In this document: positions 51,988-62,735 of the stretch, one piece after another
Layout: each line of letters starts with the position of its first letter
How positions within the stretch are numbered: position 1 is the first letter of the stretch
Source: Azolla caroliniana
Taxonomy: Eukaryota; Plantae; Polypodiophyta
Assembly (NCBI GenBank): GCA_043228905.1
Contig: JBHGNT010000010.1
Location: 4,898,001 to 4,962,000 of the forward strand
Length of the DNA: 64,000 nt
Direction of reading: 5' to 3'
Notes under the pieces: model-generated
Told to the model about the DNA's origin: nothing
Seen by the model: the letters and a program-made list of their open reading frames with translations, nothing else
The model's database searches: none
Made by a program: the position numbers and the translations under genes

Positions 51988-54900
51988 TGTCGCGTTGTTA
52001 CGCGCGTGCGTGGAGAATGAGGCGGGACCACCGGGGCCTCGGACCGAGAAATAACCGAATGAGGGGAGGGGAAGGAAACTAACGATGTAATTCACACACG
52101 CACAGAACCACAGAAGCACAGGAATTGCAACTAGCTATAGAACGCGAGATGGAGACATAACGAATGTTTATGTATATATAAATCAAGGTGTTACAACCGG
52201 CAAGACGGCGAGTGATGGGCTCCGACGCTTGCGCGCGCACACACACACACAGAACGCGAGATGGAGGCTCTGCCGGGAGCTCTCGGGCATCCCACGGAGT
52301 AGAGTCAGCCTCCCGAAACTTGCACATAACGATTATGGAGACGACAGAGGAGAGGAGAAACACTCAATTCCAGTCCTGCAGCACTTTGTCTTCCACTAAC
52401 GTGATATATTTTTCAATACCTCTCCCTCTCTTTTATAGCCCAAGTAGGGAGGCCGTTACCACCCGTTACATCATGTTTATTCCCTGTCCTTTCGGATAGG
52501 GATATGCCTCGATTTTCTCCCTACTGAATGTGTGCTACCTAGGATTTCACCTCAACCAACTGGTACCTATCTACGTACTATACAACAAAACTTGTGCTCA
52601 CGTGTAAGGGCCGGTTTACGCACGTTATACGCGGTTTCTGCCTAGGGACGGTTTTCTCCACGACATCCGCCCCCACCTAACCGCGCATCCACCGGTATGC
52701 GCCAAAATGAGACTCCTGCCGGAGAAGACCGGCCCACGCTTATCCTTCGTCTTCCCGATCGGCATCCATCCCGAGCCGGTCATTGTCGCTATCCAGGTCG
52801 CCCGGGTCCGGTTCAGCCTCGTGCCGCTTTTTGAAGGCTTTGATCCTTTTCCCCGCCACTGGTACCGCCATCCTTGTCCCGTCGAGCTCTGCGAGATGGT
52901 AGGTCCCATTGTCGTTGGCACTCGTCACCGCATAAGGCCCGAACCACCTTCTTGCAAACTTCCGCGTTGCCCGATGCTGGTTGTCGAGGCTACTATCATA
53001 CACTAGAACCCAGTCGCCTTCCTCGATCTTCTTCGGTCTCAATCGGTGAGTCCGGTCGAACCGTCCTTTGTTCTTTGCCCTCGCCACCTGTAGCTTCTCT
53101 GCGGCTCGGTCCAGGTCCTGGTCTTCGTTCCAGCTGCCGAATCTGTGCCGCTAACAGCTCCTCCCGGCTCATCTTGTTGTTCTAGTCCACTGTGGCCCAT
53201 CAGGAGATTGTCTGCTCCGTTGGCATGATCGGCTTCTACCCGTACATTAGCTCTGCCGTCATGAACCCGGTTACCGAACTGTGTGTAGTTCGGTTCGGCA
53301 ACAATGCATAGGGTAAGAGCTGCGGTCAGTTCCTGACATGGCCTCCACACGCCCGTACCAACACTTTGAAGATCGGCCCGTGTCCGCGCTCCACCTTCCC
53401 GTTAGCCTCCGGATTGTACGATGTGGTGAGCGAGAGTTTAATTCCTAGCCGGTCAAACAACTCTTCCACCTCTTGCGCGTCCAATTCTCCGCGGTCGGCC
53501 ACTATCTTACCTACGCACCCATACCGGCATACCACTTCTTCGATCAGAAATCGGCACATGGCCGCAGTCGTTTTGTTCTGCAACGCTCGGCCTTCCACTT
53601 GGTTCGTTAGGTCCTCCCGAGCCAGCACCAGATACCGCATCTGCCCTACCCTCATCGGCATCGTCACTAGATCCACCATCCACTTGAAGTGGACAGCCGG
53701 AGGGTAGGTTGGGTGAAGCTCGTCCCGATGTGGGACTATGGAGTGCACCTGACAGCTTTCGCAAGTCGTCACGAACCGATGCACGTCCCGGTATAGTCCC
53801 GGCCACCAGTACTTCCCCTTTAGCTTCTCGAATGTGGCCCACGTCCCGCGGTGTCCGACCTAGGGACTCTCGTGGTATGCCGTCAGCAATTCTTCCTGTT
53901 CCTCTTTCTTCGCCACCACTCGGAGCGGGATGTCGTTTCTCTTCTTCGGGTGCTTCCATATGCTCCCGTCCCGTAGGAAGAATCGGTACGCTTTCTTCCG
54001 AATCCGGTTGGCCTCTTCCTTTGTCCACGCCGCGTCCGGTGTCATTGTCTTCAGGAAACCGTCGATCTGGAGCCACTCCCCATCGTACTTGCTCGTGTCG
54101 AATTCGTTAAGCGCCTGAGTGCTCCCCGTTCTTGTTGTTACGTTGGCTGACCCGAAGAAATCCTCACCGACTTCCTCGTTATCCGAAAGCATGCCGTCCT
54201 CGTCACTGAACCGCGCCCTCGAAAGCATATCGGCCATGGCATTATCTTTCCTCGAGATGTGTTGTATCTCCGGGCTCAGGGACTTAATGTACGCATCCGG
54301 AGACCATACCTAGAATCAGTAGGTAGTCCGTCTCGATGATCACTTCCGTCCCGATTAGATAGTCCTTGTTGGCCTTGACCGCCGAAACGATACCCCACAG
54401 CTCGCGCTTAACTTGTGCGTATCCTCGCTGCCGCTTGCTCAATACCTTTGCCCTGAACCGGATCGGGAACTGTACGCCATCTTCGTCTTCCTGATTGATC
54501 ACCCACCCGATCCCGGTCGGGTTCGTGTCCACCGTCACGTAAATGGGGACTTCCTTACCGTAAATCGCTTTCCGGAGAGCCGGTGCCGCGGCGAGCGCCT
54601 CCTTTAGTCTCCGGACCGACTCCGTGTGTTCGTCTCTCCACTCGAATTTACACCCTTTCTTCAGCAACCGATAAAGCGGTTCTGCGACATGCGCGTAGTG
54701 CGGAATCCAGATGTGATAGAATGCACATGCCCCAAGGATCCTTCGCACCTCGATGACCGACCCGCAATCATCCTTCATCGCGGAGATGGCTTCTACCTTT
54801 GCCGGGGACGGCTTTCGGCCGAAAGGCCCACACAAGTATCCGACTACCAGGATCTTCGGCTGCCCGAACGCTGATTTTTCTCCGGAGAAGGTGAGTCGTG

Positions 54901-57900
54901 CGCTCTCGAGCCTCTACAGCACCTTATCGCAGTCGTTGATGTGGTTCACGATGAACCTCCGGCATCTGTCCTGCCCGACCGTTTCGTTTGCATCCTCTAC
55001 CGGACACCCTTTTATCGGTACGTCGTCTAGGAACGGCATAGTGATGTCCGGGATGCAGTCCCTTAGCACCTTGTTCATTGCATTTACCATATGCGTCACC
55101 GAATTCGTTCCTCCTTGCGGTAGGGTACACATCCGCATTAAGCCGAGAGGAGTCCGCATTGTCATGATGTCCCTGCTCTCTACGGCTAGTTGGAACTGGT
55201 CGTATCCTGAGTATAAGTCACCGACCGAAAGCTCGACCTCCCGGCGAAGGCCTCCGTGGACTCATCGATGGTCGGTCCGATACTTGCGTTTCGAATGGTC
55301 ACCTTGTTGACCGGTTGCAGGTCCTGTATGAAGCGTAGTGTGCCGTTCTTCTTCAGCACGGTAAACCACCAATTCGAATATGGGGCACTCGATAGTTCGA
55401 AGATGCCCATCTCCACCTTTTGTTTCAGCAACTCCATCAGCTTCGGGATGTGAGCTCTGGGTACCGGAATTGGTTTGAGATTCCATGGCACATGCGGTAC
55501 CGTGAAGATCACCATTGGTTCCACAACTTTCGGGTCTACGCACCCGATCTCTTTCGGCGAGAATGCGAAACCCTTCCCGTGCCTCCCGAGCATTCTCCGA
55601 AACCGGTCCTCTTCCGCCGGCAGTAGAAAACCACCCCCACCGATCTTGAGCTCCCGTAGCGTTATGTCGGTGAACGTGTGTCCCATGCTAGCCGGATCTC
55701 GTAAACTTGGGTCTGATGCGAACCCATTTATCCGTAACTCGCTGCCCTCCGACAAGGGTGCCACGACTGGCCTCACCTTCCTGTCCACAGTCTTGTACTT
55801 CGTATCCACTCAGGCCGTCTGATCTGACTCAAGTCCACTACCGAAGTCGGCGATGACTTCGTACATCTTTTATGAACATATCGGAATCGTCCGGTCCTCA
55901 TTAAGGCCTTCTCCGAACACTTCCCGCAACTTCCCCAAGGTGTCGTCGAAAGAGACCGCCTCCACGGCTCCGTTGATTTCCTCTTCAGGGCCGAGGACTC
56001 CCCATGCCCGAAGTCGCTCCTCCTCCCGCTTCTTTTCCCGGCCAACTATGCCGACTATCGTACAACCTCCGCTATCGGAGAACCAAAATTTTCTACCTAT
56101 GGTACAGGTCTTTTCGCCTATAGTACATCTGTGGTGTTTTTCCGGGGTGTCCGGACTATCGTGGCCCCACGCCTTGATAGTCCTCTCTAAAAATCCCCTC
56201 GGTTTTCGGCACCGAGGGTCTTGCGGTTACGCTCATGGTTTAGTCGCACCGTCAGGAACTGGACCGATTGACGCCCATCCTGGCTCTTGACTCGCGCATA
56301 TGCTGAGCCATTGTCCAGCACCTTTGTCTCCATGTGCGCCGTCGTGATGTACGGTTCTCCGAGTATCACTGGATGCGAGGACGTCTCTGACGGGAACTAA
56401 TCGCTCTTTATGCGCAACGCTCAGCCACAACCGAGCTTAGAATCATACACAGAAAACGGGAAAGGTGAAGACACATCACAAAGGAAAGAAAAAAGAATAC
56501 ACAGGATGTTTACGTGGAAAGCCCAAACTGAGGGAAAAACCACGACAGCCCACATGCTGCAAACTATCACTATGTTAGAATGTACAACAGTGAGTTCACG
56601 GAGGCAACGACCTCATGCTCACGATCTTCGCTATAGGCGGCGGTTACAACAAAGGCAACAACCTCTTTCTCTCTCTCCCTCTCTGTACACTGTTACACGC
56701 TCTGATCTCGCGCAGACAAGAATAACGACAACAACACTTCAAAAGTTTGCCCTAAGTCATATTTATACTAATATGACTTTTCGGCTATTTACAAATATAG
56801 CCACGATGGACTCTCAAAAACATATTTGCGAACATGTCTCTTCATCCGGTAAGCACTCCTCACCGAGTCTTCACCATCCGCCTCTCCGTAGCCGGGTACT
56901 CCTCATTCGGTTCTCACCGGGTCTCTTCCATCCGGCTCTCCGTAGCTGGGTACTCGTCATCCGGTTCTCATCGGGTCTGTACCATCCGGCTCTCCATAGC
57001 CGGGTACTCCTCATCCGGTTTGTTCATCGGCACTGTTCTTCAACCTTCCCATCAGGAGGGACTTGTCTCCCAACAGTCTCCTGCACGAAGAAGTGTTGGT
57101 CGATCTCGATATCGCCGATTTTCACTCGTACATTCGGGCAGGCTCTGTGTAGCTCCTCCGTGGTGCGCGTTGCTGCTCGTATCTTCCACCCGTGCTTGGT
57201 GTTGATCGGCCACTTTCCCTTCTTGTAGAAGTCCATGGACATCAAGTTGATCTCCGAACCGTGGTCTACCAACGCCACCACCGGCTCCTGGACGTCCTCG
57301 ATCCGAACAGGGGTTTCCGTAGTGGCCCTCGCCCAATGTAGCCTCGAGTAGTGGCTTTCCGCCAATTCGTCCTTCAGGGCCATGCCTTCTAGGTGCGTTG
57401 TTCGCACCTCCACCGGCTTCTCCGGCTCCGGCTCCGTCGAAAGCCTTTTCCGCTTCACCAAGTCTACGATAGAGTCGTGGAACTCCTTCTTGGCGATACC
57501 GAGCACTTCCCTCAACGACAACTCCACTTTGCTGTCGAGGATCCGTTCCTCCAGGACATTTCGTAGGTCTGTGATCCTTTCGATGTCCGTGCTCAATCGA
57601 TAACCGGCCTTCTTGGCCTTGTCCGGTGCGCTGGATGCACCGACATCACTCTGCTTTGGCCCGGACCGAGTCTCATACCATTGTGAGGGTCCGGCCCCCC
57701 CGGTCTTTCCCGCTCGCTTGTCTTCCACCAGAACCTCGTAGTTCTGGCACGCGGCTTCCACAAAGCCCGTCTTCTCTTCGACCGGGTCACTCCACCCGGT
57801 TACCTCCCGGACTCGTCTTTCCACGCGGTTTTCTTCCTCTTTCCTCAACCTTACGCCGGCGAGGCCTTCCAGCATCACCAGCCAGAATCTGGCTTCCTTC

Positions 57901-59373
57901 GTCTTCCGGTCTTCATCGCTTCTGACCCGGATTCCAGCCGACGCCGAGTAGTGGACGGTCTCCGCGTGACGAGCCGCCGCTTCTTCCATCAGCCATTTCA
58001 TACCCCCTCGTCTGACATTCAGATCCAAGGCCCTCCGGGTCTCGCTAGCGTGCACCCGACCATTCCATAGGTACACCACGTTAGCTCTTATCGCTTTGGC
58101 GAAGTCCCCGCAGTTCTTTCGGGCGTGGCCGACCACGTCGCACCACAAGCACTGGCTCCCAGCCGGAGGCCTTCGGTCATGGATTTGTTCACCGCCATCC
58201 CTTCGTGCTTGCGTGACCTGGAGGTCCCTCACCATCTGAGTCAGCTCCTCCAGAGCCGCTCCTCCGGACGAGCTTTTGACCATGCCGGTCGAAGTCGAGC
58301 CGATCTCGAGCCAATCTCGGGTCTCTTCCCTTCGTGCCGGTGGGGGTACCTCGACCTTCCTTGTCACAACAGAACCCGCCCTCGTCAAGCCTTTATCGAC
58401 CCACTCATGCCGTTTGTCAAAACGGCCGCAAACTCTCTTTACCACTGCCCAATCGGTTGTTAGGCCGTCATCAGTCTCCAGTAGGAAGCCCACTTGCTCC
58501 CGGTCCCTTGCGTCCACCGATTTAACGAACAATAGGACACGACTCGTGTCCAACACGGTCCGGTCCAGTGCCGAAAGTCGTGCGAAGCGTTCTTCAAACT
58601 CCCGAAGGAGCACCGACACGTTCCTCCCCTTTTCGGGGGTCTCCACTCATTCCATGAAGTCCCGCTTCGACAGCCGAAGCGCGTCATCAAGCCCGTATTT
58701 TTCAAGGAGCCGGCCTTCAAACTTTTCCCAGGTCCGACTCTCAACCCGTACCTCAAGCACCTCCGCGTGGATGCCCGCCATCGCTACCCAAGGGAATTCG
58801 GCCAGTCACCTGTCCTCCGGGATGTCCCTCATCACCATTTCGGCTCGGTAGGCCTCCAAATAGGTCGTGGCGTCCTTCCCACCGAACCGGCCTATCGTGC
58901 CAATGACTGTTTCAATAGCCGTATCGAGGGCGCCTGTGCCTTCGCGCGCACTCACTATCCGATCCACAGCCGAAGCCATGGCTTCTGCAAGATCCGACCC
59001 TCTCATCTTTCTATTCCTCTACCGCTTGTTCACTTCGGGTTCACCAAATATGTCATGTTGTTACGTGCGTGCGTGGAGAACGAGGCGGGACCACCGGGGC
59101 CTCGGACTGAGAAATAACCGAATGAGGGGAGGGGAATGAAATTAACGATGTAATTCACACGCGCACAGACCCATAGAAGCATAGGAATTGCCACTAACTA
59201 CAGAACGCGAGATGGAGACAGAATGAATGTTTATGTATATATAAATCAAGGTGTTACAACCGGCAAGCCCGTGAGTGATGAGCTCAGACGCTTGTGCGCG
59301 CACACACACACACACACACACACATAGAACGTGAGATGGAGGCTCTGCCGGGAGCACTCGGGTGTCCAGCGGA
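51988..59373 (-). mobile_element. Ty3/gypsy LTR retrotransposon B: 3' LTR 51988-52665, gag-pol about 59006-52740 (disrupted), 5' LTR 59051-59373 (interrupted)
   Basis: The two LTR copies match. PBS-like TGGTGAACCCGA follows the 5' LTR and PPT AGGTGGGGGCGGA precedes the 3' LTR. Domain order is gag (zinc knuckle CLWCDVVGHARKNC), PR (ALVDHGSEIN), RT (LPQGGTNS, FLDD), RH (VTVDTNPTGIG), INT (HRFVTTCESCQ, DRGE, NGKVERGH, FGPY). Confidence 0.93.
56388..57075. mobile_element. Solo LTR (688 bp) inserted in the protease region of element B
   Basis: TG...CA ends (TGACGGGA...TCCCAACA) and a perfect 5-bp TSD GTCTC (56383-56387 / 57076-57080). Removing it restores HFFVQETSSHPVILGEPY. It carries internal ~51-bp tandem repeats at 56843-57020. 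Confidence 0.9.
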
Positions 59374-59874
59374 TGTTAATCGGCTAAGTACTAACTACTA
59401 CCGATACAGAAGAGTGAACGTCGCTACTCAACGTTCTAACAAGGAATTGTGTTTTACGAACGGAATTATACTGTATTAATCGGTAATTACCGTGATCGTT
59501 ACTTAGTTATAAATTAGGAAGCTTGCACTTAAGATCATAGACAATAAAAGAAACACAGAATTCGTACAAGATATCCCTAACTTAAACTTATATTACTAAA
59601 TAGAACGACCTTTCTTACAATGCCTTCGGTTCCCTTTTATAGGTATACCGAAGGTCTTTTCTCATCAAGAACTATTCCTACTTACTATCAAGATTTACAA
59701 AATTATCTAACTAACTTAGTTCTCTTCGTTTACTGCTGAGTCATTGATCCGAACAGTCGATCCGAACCGACTCTGTTTTCGACGCTTTCCCACTTGTTCG
59801 GTAAAACTGACTGTCCGGGTCCAGGTAACACTTGGCACGTCCGTGGGCCAGGACCTTGTCCAGCGAACCCACGC

Positions 59875-62328
59875 CTATTCCTGTAGCTCTTCATCCGAAT
59901 CGTTCAGAATATCAAAAATCGAAGGCTCATCTGGCCTTGGATGTATTCCACCTATATCTTCCTCTTCATCTTCATCTGTGTCACAGTCGTCCTTCGGAGC
60001 AGGTTGTGATTCGGTTGGCTGCTCTGGTTCACTTCTTCCGGAAGCTTGAATACCAGGAGTCTTGCTGGTTCTTTCGGCTTCGATTTTATCCAACTGGACG
60101 GAAGTGCCTATATCATTTTTGTCGAATTCTTGCATAATACGTTGAATTTCTTCTCTGTAAAATGCCGCAATTTCGTCCATATCTTTCATGATATCCTCTT
60201 GGATATTGTCAATATCCTTTTGTGCCATTTTAAAAAAACCTGCACCTTGTACCTGACGGTTATTTTTGTCGGCACACAATAACTGTAATTCCGCCGCTTG
60301 TGCTGTCCATAACTTCCATCCTTGCGCAAGGGATTCATCGATCATTTTCTTTGCTAGGTTTCGATGTTTACCTATGATGTGCTGCACTTTGTCCCTAGTG
60401 ATGCTTGCGACGTATTGGGCGGTCTGCAACTCTTTCTGTAAATCCGTAATAGTGGTTCGGTTCTCACTTTCAGCTCGCATTAGTTTGGATTCGACTACAT
60501 ATATATCCAGCCGTCTTTGTTCCGATATCTTCCGAATTTCGTCCAGTTGTTGTTCGAATGCCGATTTCTCTTTACTCCATTCCTCCTGCTGTTCCGTCAT
60601 TCTTCTGTTGACTTCTTCAAGACTCCGCTGTTTTTCTGTCAATTGACTTTCCTGTGACACTATATACCTTTCGAATTCTTCAATTTGTTCGGTATATGTA
60701 TGATTGGCCGTCTTAGCTTCTTCTAGATTTTTCTGTAATTCGTTTATTACTTGATTTTTTTCTTCGAGAGCTTTGTATTGACCATTCTGAATGGTTTCTA
60801 TTTGCTTTTCTAATTCTGTAGTTCGAAATACCGCATTGTTGGCCCTTGTTGTTTCTGCTTGACGTGCTTTCTCAGCGTCCTCCAATTTCTGCTGCCATTC
60901 TGACTCCGACACCATAAGCCGTGCCTGTGTTTCCCATTTGTTTAGACTTTCCTTTAGTTCTTTATTTTCTGCCTGTATGTTACAAAACTGATGTTTCAGC
61001 ACCTCCGCCGATGCTGATACACTTTTGTATCTTTCAGCCATATCACTGGCTGCTTTGCGTGCCGTTTCATATTCTTTATGAATTTCGACCAGTGCTTCAT
61101 GTAATGGTGGCATTTCAATAGCTTCCCCTCTATGCTGTGCACTTCTTTTCCGGCCTATTTTCTCTATCTCTGCTTTTTCTTGAGGTTCCAACACTCCTCG
61201 TAAGGCTTTCTGTATCATTATTCGGTCATTATGTTCTTGAGCCAGCCGTTCTGATACTTCTGTCAGTCTTTTAGCCAACCATTCAACCAGTTCGTATGAA
61301 GTTCCGAACTGTAAAATGGCAGCTAATTCATGTGCTGCTGGTGGGATATCCAAGTACCCATGTGCTTCCCGAATGGCTACTTTTGAAGATTGTCCTTGGT
61401 GAGGTTGTGTCGAAACGCTCTCATTCCCTGGTTTTAGTACTTCTGTTACCACAGGCGTATTCGACTTTTCATTTGTGCGTTGCCTTTTCGGTGCTGATCC
61501 CTCACTGTTTTCTGGTTGGAATTGCCGATTAGCCTTTTGTTTAATCCTTGTTCTTTGTCTCATCTTCTCTGCTTGTTGTCGATTTTCTGTCGGCTGTTGC
61601 TTGTTTATCAAATTGTCAACTGTTTCTTGTTCTGCCGCTGGTTGCCTGTTTTCGGAATTCTCTGGTCTTGGTGGTTCCGACTGAGGCATATTTGTTTGTA
61701 TATTATCGGCATGTGCCGATTCTTCTTCTATCCATTCTTCATGTACTACCTGTCGGTGTCTTCGTGGTGCTTGTACTATCGGTGGTCTTCTTGACTGAAC
61801 AGGAGTTTCCGATTCTTGAATCGGAAACAATACTGATAACCAACGACCAAAAATTTGCTTCATCGGTTTTCCTGTTTTTACCCCTTGTAGCTGCTCTCTC
61901 AGAGCTTCCCCCGACAATAGTGGCCAGTTGAAATCCTCTTTTTCGTATGCGGCTATGATAAACCCAGCCCTTTTTTTCGGCATACAATAAAAACGAGGAC
62001 TGACAAATCCCACCTCTAATAGAAATCTAGCCACTTCATGAAAAAACTCATCCCGACCTCCATAAGTCTGATATGCTTTTGCCGAGGGTGAGTATTCCCC
62101 GAAATACGATTGGAGTGCTTCTGATGAAGGTTTTTTAACTGCCTCAAAGCCTCCTCTTGGCATTTGTAATGCATTTCGTATTTTCTTTGTGGTGATTTTG
62201 GTGATGTCCATTTGTTGTACCAATTCTTCCGCCTGCGGATGAGGTTCCGCTTCTGCTACTTTGATGAAACCTTGTAGGTTTCTCTCATGAAGCCACAATC
62301 GCAGTTCTTCAGATACAGGAATCGGCAT
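59875..62328 (-). CDS. Additional ORF of element D in the env-like position: 817 aa from the first ATG (open frame to 62493), long coiled-coil, function unknown
   Basis: Uninterrupted 2.6-kb sense ORF between the pol stop and the 3' LTR. It has a globular N-terminal part, a Q/E/P-rich linker, an E/K/Q-rich heptad region and an acidic tail. Confidence 0.8.
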   Translation of the reverse strand: MPIPVSEELRLWLHERNLQGFIKVAEAEPHPQAEELVQQMDITKITTKKIRNALQMPRGGFEAVKKPSSEALQSYFGEYSPSAKAYQTYGGRDEFFHEVARFLLEVGFVSPRFYCMPKKRAGFIIAAYEKEDFNWPLLSGEALREQLQGVKTGKPMKQIFGRWLSVLFPIQESETPVQSRRPPIVQAPRRHRQVVHEEWIEEESAHADNIQTNMPQSEPPRPENSENRQPAAEQETVDNLINKQQPTENRQQAEKMRQRTRIKQKANRQFQPENSEGSAPKRQRTNEKSNTPVVTEVLKPGNESVSTQPHQGQSSKVAIREAHGYLDIPPAAHELAAILQFGTSYELVEWLAKRLTEVSERLAQEHNDRIMIQKALRGVLEPQEKAEIEKIGRKRSAQHRGEAIEMPPLHEALVEIHKEYETARKAASDMAERYKSVSASAEVLKHQFCNIQAENKELKESLNKWETQARLMVSESEWQQKLEDAEKARQAETTRANNAVFRTTELEKQIETIQNGQYKALEEKNQVINELQKNLEEAKTANHTYTEQIEEFERYIVSQESQLTEKQRSLEEVNRRMTEQQEEWSKEKSAFEQQLDEIRKISEQRRLDIYVVESKLMRAESENRTTITDLQKELQTAQYVASITRDKVQHIIGKHRNLAKKMIDESLAQGWKLWTAQAAELQLLCADKNNRQVQGAGFFKMAQKDIDNIQEDIMKDMDEIAAFYREEIQRIMQEFDKNDIGTSVQLDKIEAERTSKTPGIQASGRSEPEQPTESQPAPKDDCDTDEDEEEDIGGIHPRPDEPSIFDILNDSDEELQE

Positions 62329-62735
62329 GACTTCTGTATTTCCTTGTTCTGAATCACTTGTCGATGACAGTTGCAGATCTGCACAGTTTCTGTAGCGATG
62401 AAAATCAGAAAAGCAGAGTTTGGGCGAACTAGGGCACGAAGGAGGCTCAGACTGTTTCGATATCTGCACTCGTTTCTGTTGTTTTGACGACACAGATGAT
62501 ATAGAAATATGCTATAAAGATATTAACTTATGCATGATGACTTAAAGAATAGTAATTGCTATTAATGTAGGAATTAATTAGTATTCACTCTACGTGTAGT
62601 GGTTGTACTCCTTACTAATAATCATGCAATTCCTCTTTCTATTTATAGTCGATTCATACTGTTATGGCAAGATTGTATTTCTGCATTTGACAAGAACTAT
62701 TGAGTGAGTTAGTTAGTTTTTTTTTTTTTTTTTTT

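Noticed and set aside
51231-52031. 266-aa repetitive ORF
   Set aside because: It is a by-product of the ~106-bp tandem repeats within LTR A.
56410-57228. 272-aa plus-strand ORF
   Set aside because: It spans the solo LTR and the antisense strand of gypsy protease across an insertion junction, so it is a chance open frame.
52600-59140. Many overlapping antisense and alternative-frame ORFs
   Set aside because: These are expected shadows of GC-rich gag-pol coding sequence.
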